NCBI GenBank assembly: GCA_963719085.1
Contig: CAVRAL010000001.1
Coordinates: forward strand, 1,056,001-1,120,000
Reading direction: 5' to 3'
Source of the DNA: a candidate division FCPU426 bacterium
Lineage (GTDB): Bacteria > Oederibacteriota > Muellerivitia > Muellerivitales > Muellerivitaceae
Length of the DNA: 64,000 nucleotides
Part shown: piece by piece, positions 57,008 to 64,000 of the stretch
Layout: every line of letters starts with the position of its first letter
Position numbering within the stretch: position 1 is the stretch's first letter
The notes under the pieces: model-generated
What the model was told of the DNA's origin: nothing
Databases searched by the model: none
The model's input: the letters and a program-made list of their open reading frames with translations, nothing else
Position numbers and translations under genes: made by a program

Positions 57008-57601
57008 GTGAAAAAAAGAATTTTGAGTTGGTTGATGCTTTCCCTGATGTTCACCGCCGTTACCGGTTTATGCCGGGCGGATGAGGACGCGCGCATCATT
57101 GGTAAAATGGGTGAAAATTCGCCGACGGATCACCTGCGGAAAGCTTCCCTCTATATGGTCTTCAACGGCGCCAAAGCGGAAGGCTTGCCGGCTGTCCCCT
57201 CGGGAGCCGAGACCCGGTTTTATTCCAAGGTTTGGGACGGGTTGTACCTGCAAGCCACCAGCGAATCCGGTGATCACGGCATCGCGGGTTACCAGTTCTA
57301 TTTTTCCAAGGATGAGGCCGGCCAGGATACGTTAGACACCGTGGAAGCCAAGGACGGCCCTTCGCTGAGCGAAATCACCGCTATGGATTTCCGCAGCGAC
57401 GACAACTTCACCATCCGCCCCCTGAAACCGGGACCGGGTACGCCGGCCGACCGCGGAGCGTTCCGGGTCATTTCCTATGACGGCTTTAGCGCCACGATCC
57501 GGGTTCTCGAGTTCACCCTCGGGGACGTCAACCTGCAGAAGAAAGCCTATTTCAAAAGCCTGTCCTGCCTGGTGACGGTTTGCGAAAAGGCTTCAAACTA
57601 G
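57008..57601 (+). CDS. Exported hypothetical protein
   Basis: AAGGAG RBS, GTG start, signal peptide. Confidence 0.75.
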   Translation: MKKRILSWLMLSLMFTAVTGLCRADEDARIIGKMGENSPTDHLRKASLYMVFNGAKAEGLPAVPSGAETRFYSKVWDGLYLQATSESGDHGIAGYQFYFSKDEAGQDTLDTVEAKDGPSLSEITAMDFRSDDNFTIRPLKPGPGTPADRGAFRVISYDGFSATIRVLEFTLGDVNLQKKAYFKSLSCLVTVCEKASN

Positions 57602-57650
57602 CATCACGCTTTGAAATCCGAACATCGATAAAATAGGTTCGGAAGGTCCG

Positions 57651-57684
57651 AAGCCGTCCACTCCCAAGAGTGGACGGCTTTTTT
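57651..57684 (+). terminator. Intrinsic terminator
   Basis: AAGCCGTCCACTC-CCAA-GAGTGGACGGCTTTTTT. Confidence 0.85.
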
Positions 57685-57738
57685 ATTTGATCCCAGCCAA
57701 AAACGGGAACCGCCGGCGCGCGTCCAACCCGCCATCCT

Positions 57739-60630
57739 TCACAGCCTTATTCCCTCGTTTTCAAACGGCCGCGTCCGCCATTTTTTTTGTTTGGGAAGCC
57801 GCAGCCTGAAACAAGTTCCCTGGCCCACTTCGGAAGTCACCGTGATGTCACCCTTTTGCAGCTGCATGAAATTTTTCGCGATGAAAAGCCCCAACCCGGC
57901 CCCGGCGCGGGCCGCTTCTTTGCCCAAAACCCGGCTGCGGGTGAAAAGCCGTCCCAAGGTCTCCGTGTCCATCCCGATCCCGGTATCGCTGACCTCGAGC
58001 CAGCCCTCCTCTTCCCGGTCCTTGATTTCAAGCGTGATGGATCCTTTATCGGTGCATTTCAGGGCGTTGTTGATCAGGTTACGGACCGTCTCCACCGTCT
58101 TATCCTTATCCGCCAAAACCGTGAGCGCCCCGTCCATTCCCTTGAGCTTCAATTCCAGTCCCTTTTCCCTCGTCACCTCTTCGTAATCGCGGATGGACAG
58201 CTCTACCACTTGCCGCAGGTCGATGGGCTGCAGGTCCACCGAAATCACCCCCCGCTCGATTTTGGAGACGCTCAACAGGTCCGAGATCAGCCGGTAATTA
58301 TCCGTCCCAATGCTGCGCATATCCGAAAGGTACTCCCGTTGCTTTACGGTCAGTTCGCCCGCCAAGCCTTCCAGCATGTTCTCGATATACCCGTTGATCT
58401 CCGCCACCGGTGTTTTCAATTGATGCGACACCACGGAGATGAGCTCATTTTTCATCTCGGCGATTTGCTTGATCTCATTGATGTTTTCCACCACGGACAA
58501 ACGGTAGAGGGGCTTTCCCTCGGTGTCTAACACGGTCGAGGCGGTCTCCTTGCACCAAACGCTTTTCCCATCCCGGGTCAGGTAGCGTTTCTCAATCTGG
58601 TAGCTGGGGATGAGTCCATCGAACAATTTATTGGCCATTTCCCGGTCGACCTTCACGTCCTCGGCTTCCGAATGCCCGTAAAAGGGCTGGTGGATCAATT
58701 CTTTTTTCCGGTAGCCCAACATCTGGCAAAAAGCCTGGTTCACGTTGATCCATTCCCGGTCGCGGTTGGTCAGGGTCATGCCGATGGGCCCTTCCTCGAA
58801 AAGATTCCGGAACATTTCTTCCCGTTCCTGGAGGATGTTTTCCGCCTGACGCCGGTCCGAAATATCCCGCAGGATGCGGGTATGGAAAACGCCCCCTTTG
58901 GTTTCCCAGGACGAGGACGAGATTTCCAGCGGAAACTCGCCCAGATCTTTTCGCCGCCCCACCAATTCCATCCGGGAGGCTTCCAAAGGACGGCCCCAGT
59001 CATCCCGGTAAAGCCGGTTGAGCCGCTCGGGCAAAAGCACCACAAAGGGCTTCCCCAGGATTTCCTCCGGGCGATAGCCAAAAATCTTTTCCGCGCTGTG
59101 GTTGAAGTACCGAATATCCCCGTGGGCGTCGCATAACACGATTCCTTCGGTGGCGGTTTCGGTCACAGCCTTGAATTTTTCCACGTTGTCGGCCAGTTCC
59201 TTTTCCGCCCTTTGCCGCTCGCCGATATCCACCAGGGCCGCCACGGCGAACTTCACTTTTCCGTTCACGTCCAAAATAGGCGAGCCCCACATTTGAAGCG
59301 CGGTTTCATTTTCCGGGAGCCGCACGATCAAATCCTCAACGTTAGATTTCTCGCCCCGCAAAGCCCTCAAGAGCGGCATCCGTTCCGCGGGATAAGCCGC
59401 TCCCCCCTGGGCTTCCTGGAAGCGGTAAGCCTTCGAAAGGGTCTCGGGGGAAACCTCCCGCAAAACCCCCTGGCCCAGGATTTGTTTGGCTGTTTGGTTC
59501 GCGTAATAAGGTTTTCCCATGGCATCCAAGACAAAAATCCCGACGGGCACTACTTCCAGAAACTGAAACAATCGGTGCTCATTGTCCATCAGGGTACGGA
59601 TAAAAAATTTCCGGTCGCTGATGTCCCGGGCGATGAGCGTGAAATAACCGCCGTCACGGTTTTCCCGGGTTGCCAAATTGATTTCCACCGGTATTTTCAC
59701 CCCATCCTTGCGGAGCATCTCGGCTTCCAGGAATTTCTCACCCTCCGCCGGGTCATCCTTGAAGAAAAAACCGTCGAGCGCCGCCGCGCCCACCCGCTCC
59801 AAAAACCCCGGTGAAATTAAAAAATAAATGTTTTGGCCCAGGAGCTCCTCCCGGGAATATCCGAACATCGCCTCGGCCGCGGGGTTTACGGCGGTCAGGA
59901 CCCCATCCCGGCCAAAGGTGAGGAATGGGTCATTGGACGTCTCGGCCAAAGTCTTGAATTTTTGCTCGCTGGAGACCAGCCGGTTATGGGCGATCCGGCG
60001 CTGGCGGATTTGACGCAGCGTGAAATAAGCCGCCAACAGGCACACCAGGCCTAAGACCGCCCCCCCGACCAAAATCACATCCAGGTTGCGCCGGCTTCCA
60101 ATCGCCTCTTCGGACCTGTGGATTTTCAAGGACCAGGCTTCCAGGCGGCTGAGGTCTTGAATGAGACCCTGAATTTCGCCGTTCGTTTTTTTGAACGCCG
60201 AACCCTGCACATCCCCCACCGCCAGTTCCCATTTCCCCGCCTGGGCCCAGCGGAGGCCCCGCTCGACGCCGGAAATTTGGGCGGCCACCAAATTATCCAA
60301 CAGGTCCAAACTGGTCACCGGCAGGGGATCTTCCTCAACCGACTCCCGTAAATTCCGGGTGTCCTGATCCACGCGGCTCATTTCCCGGCTCAAGGGGCCC
60401 AAAATTTTGGCGTCCCGGGTCAACAGATACCGGGTGTAATCCACCTCAATTTGCTTCAAGTCCAATTGGATTTTTTGGAATCCCTGAATCACGCGAAACG
60501 CGTGATCCGCCCATTCGGCGCCGTTCTCCAGCTGGCGGATGCCGCTGTAGCCCGAGACAAAGATCAGCGCCGCCCCTAAAAGGACGCCGGCCGCCCCAAT
60601 CTTCAGCCACTTCCTGAAAGGGGATCTCAT
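57739..60630 (-). CDS. Sensor histidine kinase (CHASE3-like, four PAS, HisKA, HATPase)
   Basis: TM-CHASE3-like-TM, four PAS repeats, SHQLKTP H-box, NLINNALK, DTGIG, GAGLGL. Confidence 0.92.
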   Translation of the reverse strand: MRSPFRKWLKIGAAGVLLGAALIFVSGYSGIRQLENGAEWADHAFRVIQGFQKIQLDLKQIEVDYTRYLLTRDAKILGPLSREMSRVDQDTRNLRESVEEDPLPVTSLDLLDNLVAAQISGVERGLRWAQAGKWELAVGDVQGSAFKKTNGEIQGLIQDLSRLEAWSLKIHRSEEAIGSRRNLDVILVGGAVLGLVCLLAAYFTLRQIRQRRIAHNRLVSSEQKFKTLAETSNDPFLTFGRDGVLTAVNPAAEAMFGYSREELLGQNIYFLISPGFLERVGAAALDGFFFKDDPAEGEKFLEAEMLRKDGVKIPVEINLATRENRDGGYFTLIARDISDRKFFIRTLMDNEHRLFQFLEVVPVGIFVLDAMGKPYYANQTAKQILGQGVLREVSPETLSKAYRFQEAQGGAAYPAERMPLLRALRGEKSNVEDLIVRLPENETALQMWGSPILDVNGKVKFAVAALVDIGERQRAEKELADNVEKFKAVTETATEGIVLCDAHGDIRYFNHSAEKIFGYRPEEILGKPFVVLLPERLNRLYRDDWGRPLEASRMELVGRRKDLGEFPLEISSSSWETKGGVFHTRILRDISDRRQAENILQEREEMFRNLFEEGPIGMTLTNRDREWINVNQAFCQMLGYRKKELIHQPFYGHSEAEDVKVDREMANKLFDGLIPSYQIEKRYLTRDGKSVWCKETASTVLDTEGKPLYRLSVVENINEIKQIAEMKNELISVVSHQLKTPVAEINGYIENMLEGLAGELTVKQREYLSDMRSIGTDNYRLISDLLSVSKIERGVISVDLQPIDLRQVVELSIRDYEEVTREKGLELKLKGMDGALTVLADKDKTVETVRNLINNALKCTDKGSITLEIKDREEEGWLEVSDTGIGMDTETLGRLFTRSRVLGKEAARAGAGLGLFIAKNFMQLQKGDITVTSEVGQGTCFRLRLPKQKKWRTRPFENEGIRL

Positions 60631-60673
60631 GAGGCCGTTTTCCCGCCCAAATGAATGATTGAAACTTTCACGC

Positions 60674-61126
60674 TCAGTCCACCTTCAGCAAGGTCAGCTG
60701 TAAGGGCTGGCCCTGACTTTGGAAATGAAACAAGCCGAGGATGTCGCCGGCCGGGAATCGCGGTTCCCGGTCCGGCTCGGAAACGGCGGGCATGGAAAGA
60801 AAATGGTATTTGGTCATCATGCCTTTTAAATTCCCCCCCAGGATATTCACGATTTCTTTCAATCCGTCCCGGATTTGGTCCGGGACGACTTCCTCAATCG
60901 GGCACTGAAACATGGCGGCGGCGGCTTTTCGCGCCAGAATATCCGGGCACCTTAGGATCACCGTGATGTTCTGGCTGCCGATCACCCGGACCCAGGCCGT
61001 ATAGACGCCCGCGAGCGCCTCTTCCCCGGCCGAAACGGCGGGCGCGATTTCCATCTCCAACATCGACCCCCAAATGTCGCTCACCAGCTTGGGGACGCTG
61101 TCCATCCGGATTTCGGTCGTTTCCAT
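60674..61126 (-). CDS. cheX: Chemotaxis phosphatase CheX
   Basis: D.LKEIVNILGGNLK (ExxN) and LSMP. Confidence 0.85.
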   Translation of the reverse strand: METTEIRMDSVPKLVSDIWGSMLEMEIAPAVSAGEEALAGVYTAWVRVIGSQNITVILRCPDILARKAAAAMFQCPIEEVVPDQIRDGLKEIVNILGGNLKGMMTKYHFLSMPAVSEPDREPRFPAGDILGLFHFQSQGQPLQLTLLKVD

Positions 61127-61128
61127 GC

Positions 61129-61962
61129 TCAACCTCTTTCACTTTTCAACTTATAACCGGTGATGGTTTTACCAAATGTCTCGCCCTGGAAACCGCTGTC
61201 CAGAAACAAGGTGCTCTCCGAGGAGCCCAGAAAAAGGGTCCCCTCCGGCCGCAATAACCGCCGCAATTCCAAAAAAATCTTTTCCTTCATCTCATCGTCG
61301 AAATAAATCAACACGTTCCTCAACAACAATAAATCAACCGGACCCGCTTCCAGCCTCAGGTCCTTCAAATTGCTTTCTTTGAACTGGATGAGCGCCCGCA
61401 CTTCATCGTTCACTTGCCAATCACCCTCGAGGCGGTGGAAATATTTCGCCAAATATTCCGCGGACAACCCCCGGCGGATCTCGACGGGGTTATAACGGCC
61501 CTGCCGGGCCCGTTCCAAAATGGCCCGGGAAAAATCACTCCCCGTCAGCCTCAAATCCCAGTTCAAAAGAAACGGGAATTTTTCCTTAATCAATAGGGCC
61601 AAACTATAGATTTCTTGGCCGCTGGAACAGCCCATCGACCACAGGACCAAGCGCTTTTCCTTTTCGCGCGCCGCCACCAAGTCCGGAATCACCTTTTGTT
61701 CCAGCAGCTCAAACAAAGCCGGATCCCTGAAAAAATAGGTCTCGGCCGGGATCAAGGCTTCCACGACCTTGCGGGCCAAGGGCCCCCGGGAGTCCTGCGG
61801 CAGTTGGGCCATCAACTGGGCCAGGCTCTCAAATCCCCAGCCTTCCAAGGCCGGTTCCAGGGAAGAGGCGATCAAATATTCCTTGTCCTTGTCCAACAGG
61901 ACCCCGCAATGTTCCTGAACCAGGCGCCGCAAAAAATCAAAATAAAGGGTCGTGGCGGTCAT
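61129..61962 (-). CDS. cheR: Chemotaxis methyltransferase CheR
   Basis: ETYFFRD, WSMGCSSGQEIYSLA, LRNVLIYFD, LFLGSSE. Confidence 0.95.
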   Translation of the reverse strand: MTATTLYFDFLRRLVQEHCGVLLDKDKEYLIASSLEPALEGWGFESLAQLMAQLPQDSRGPLARKVVEALIPAETYFFRDPALFELLEQKVIPDLVAAREKEKRLVLWSMGCSSGQEIYSLALLIKEKFPFLLNWDLRLTGSDFSRAILERARQGRYNPVEIRRGLSAEYLAKYFHRLEGDWQVNDEVRALIQFKESNLKDLRLEAGPVDLLLLRNVLIYFDDEMKEKIFLELRRLLRPEGTLFLGSSESTLFLDSGFQGETFGKTITGYKLKSERG

Positions 61963-63095
61963 AGCGACATCCCCTCTTTTCGCGGCCGCGAAAAAGGCGA
62001 AGCGGAAAAATCCGCGCGTTCATACCGCGCCCGTCGAATAATTTCGGGTCCCATCTCCTGCAGGGGCAGCACCTTTTCGGCCAGTCCCGCCCGGACCACT
62101 TCCCCGGGCATCCCCCAGACCACGCTGCTGGCCTCATCCTGGGCCAGGACCTGACCGCCCCTTTCCACGATCTGTTCGGCCCCCTTGAGCCCGTCTTGTC
62201 CCATGCCGGTTAATAAAACCGCCAGCACATTGGGCCCATAAACCGCGGCCGCCGATTGGAACAACACGTCCACGCTGGGCCGGCAGGAATTAAAGAAAGG
62301 CCCCTGAAAAGTCCAAGCCTGGGGCCCCTCGCCCGAAAGCCGAACCGCCAGGTGATAATCCCCCGGCGCCAAGCGGACCATGCCGGGCCTTAAGACCTCG
62401 GACACCATGGCTTCCCGGACTTCTAAAACCGATTTATCCGTTAATCGCTCAGCCAGGGTCCCCGTGAAAACCGGCGGCATATGCTGGACGATCAAGACCG
62501 GCACGGGAAAATCCGCCGGAAGGGACGGAAGCAGGGCGGCCAGGGCGCTGGGGCCCCCGGTGGACACCCCCACCACCACCAAGTCCACCCGCTGGGGTTT
62601 AATTTTGGGGTTCTTCACGCGGGCCCGCGCGGGCCCGGGAAACAACGGCAAGGTTTCCATCCCCGGCTCAAGACTTGGCGGCTTGGGCATTTTTTCCGCC
62701 AAGGCCCGGATTTTGGGGATCAAATCCTCTTTCACCCGCTGGATGGATTCCTCCAGGAATCCCGAGGAGGGTTTTTCCAAATAGTCCTGCGCCCCCAAAA
62801 GCAAAGCGTCGATGGTGGCCTCCGCGCCTTTACGGGTAAAACTGCTGAACATGATGACCGGCAAATCGGGATACAGCCTCCGCGTCTGGCGCAGGGTTTC
62901 CAGGCCGTTCAGGTTCGGCATCTCCACGTCCAGGATCAACAAGTCCGGATTGCATTGGGGGATTTTAGCCAAGGCGATCCCGCCGTCGGGAGCGGTCCCG
63001 ATCACTTCCATATCCGGCTCGTCCGAAAGGACGTGGGCCAGCATTCTTCGAATGACCACCGAATCGTCCGCCACGAGAATTTTGATTCGTCCCAT
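61959..63095 (-). CDS. cheB: Chemotaxis methylesterase CheB
   Basis: REC domain plus GVSTGGP, IVQHMP, RPSVDVLF, LTGMGQDG. Confidence 0.97.
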   Translation of the reverse strand: MGRIKILVADDSVVIRRMLAHVLSDEPDMEVIGTAPDGGIALAKIPQCNPDLLILDVEMPNLNGLETLRQTRRLYPDLPVIMFSSFTRKGAEATIDALLLGAQDYLEKPSSGFLEESIQRVKEDLIPKIRALAEKMPKPPSLEPGMETLPLFPGPARARVKNPKIKPQRVDLVVVGVSTGGPSALAALLPSLPADFPVPVLIVQHMPPVFTGTLAERLTDKSVLEVREAMVSEVLRPGMVRLAPGDYHLAVRLSGEGPQAWTFQGPFFNSCRPSVDVLFQSAAAVYGPNVLAVLLTGMGQDGLKGAEQIVERGGQVLAQDEASSVVWGMPGEVVRAGLAEKVLPLQEMGPEIIRRARYERADFSASPFSRPRKEGMSL

Positions 63096-63097
63096 GT

Positions 63098-63469
63098 TCA
63101 AATCCTTGGAAAACCTAAAAGCCCCAATTTTTCAGCCAATGATTCTTTGTTAAACGGCTTGGCGATATACTCATCCGCCCCGGCCTCTTCCATCCGCGAC
63201 ACACCCTCCGCCTGGGTCTCGCTGCTGACCACCACCAGTTTGACCTGGTCATACTCGGGTTTGGATCGCACCGACTTCACGAAATCGTATCCGTTCATTT
63301 CCGGCATGTTCCAATCCACCAAGACCAGCTCGGGCCTGGGCTCCTGGCCCAAAGCGTCCAATCCAGTCAAGCCGTTGTCGGCCTCCGAAACCCCGAACCC
63401 CATCTCCAAGAGCAGTTTTTTCAGGATCATGCGCATGGCCCTGGAATCGTCAATGATAAGCGCTTGCAT
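63098..63469 (-). CDS. cheY: CheY-like response regulator
   Basis: IIDDS, LVDWNMPEMNG, YIAKPF. Confidence 0.92.
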   Translation of the reverse strand: MQALIIDDSRAMRMILKKLLLEMGFGVSEADNGLTGLDALGQEPRPELVLVDWNMPEMNGYDFVKSVRSKPEYDQVKLVVVSSETQAEGVSRMEEAGADEYIAKPFNKESLAEKLGLLGFPRI

Positions 63470-63490
63470 AAAACCTCCTTCTCTTAACCT

Positions 63491-64000
63491 CTAATACTTG
63501 AACTGCCCTAACAGCTTTTGAAGCTCCCCCGCCGTGCGGACCAAGTCTTTGGCCGCCGCGCGCGCGTCATTGGCCCCCTTGGAAGTGCCGCCCGTGGCCA
63601 GGGCCACGCCCGAAATGCTGGCCGCGATCTCCGAGCTTCCCTTGGCCGCCTGCGTGATATTGCGCCCAATCTCGTTGGTGGTGGCGGTTTGTTCCTCCAC
63701 CGCGCTGGCGATGGTGTTCGAAATATCGTTCACCTGGTTGATGATCTCGGTGATTTTTCCGATGGCGGTCACCGAGGCCTGGGTATTGCCTTGGATGGCC
63801 TCGATTTTGCGGCTGATATCCTCGGTGGCCCTCGCCGTTTCCCGGGCCAATTCCTTGATCTCGTTGGCCACCACGGCGAAACCCCGGCCCGCGTCCCCGG
63901 CCCGCGCGGCCTCAATGGTGGCGTTCAACGCCAAAAGATTGGTTTGCTCGGCGATCGAGGTGATGACCTTGATCACCTGGCCGATCTCGGCCCCGCTCTT
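63491..64000 (-). CDS. Methyl-accepting chemotaxis protein (C-terminal part)
   Basis: [32 protein letters not shown]. Confidence 0.96.
   Translation of the reverse strand, partial: KSGAEIGQVIKVITSIAEQTNLLALNATIEAARAGDAGRGFAVVANEIKELARETARATEDISRKIEAIQGNTQASVTAIGKITEIINQVNDISNTIASAVEEQTATTNEIGRNITQAAKGSSEIAASISGVALATGGTSKGANDARAAAKDLVRTAGELQKLLGQFKY

Overview
This is a 64 kb chromosomal segment of a GC-rich diderm bacterium (it encodes a secretin, an autotransporter and lipoproteins). The lineage cannot be named from sequence alone. Most genes are on the minus strand. From left to right: mreC (partial) and mreB; a plus-strand Tad/Flp pilus locus with a CpaE-CpaF fusion and no tadB/tadC/tadV; and a fragmented tRNA-Val-thrS-infC-rpmI-rplT-trmH-pheS region. 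That region has an ATT-start infC, an L20-type leader, no pheT, and an array of AT-rich accessory genes whose junctions carry a recurring short palindrome. Next come DUF4301-rmlBAC-ppa, tRNA-Gly and tRNA-Cys, an SgmX-like TPR protein with an ExeA-type ATPase, PilZ and cspA. A glycosyltransferase cluster follows, then small secreted proteins, a DUF3494 ice-binding lipoprotein with a sigma54-type promoter, and a cytochrome c. A 3619-aa polyglycine-repeat autotransporter, an rpoD-type sigma factor without dnaG, a RibD-C/DHFR-like protein and a chemosensory operon (MCP-cheY-cheB-cheR-cheX-multi-PAS kinase) close the window. The best candidates for novelty are the giant autotransporter next to the ice-binding gene, and the cassette-like array bounded by (C)GAAC-N12/13-GTTC(G)-like sites. 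All family calls are by motif recognition, not database search.
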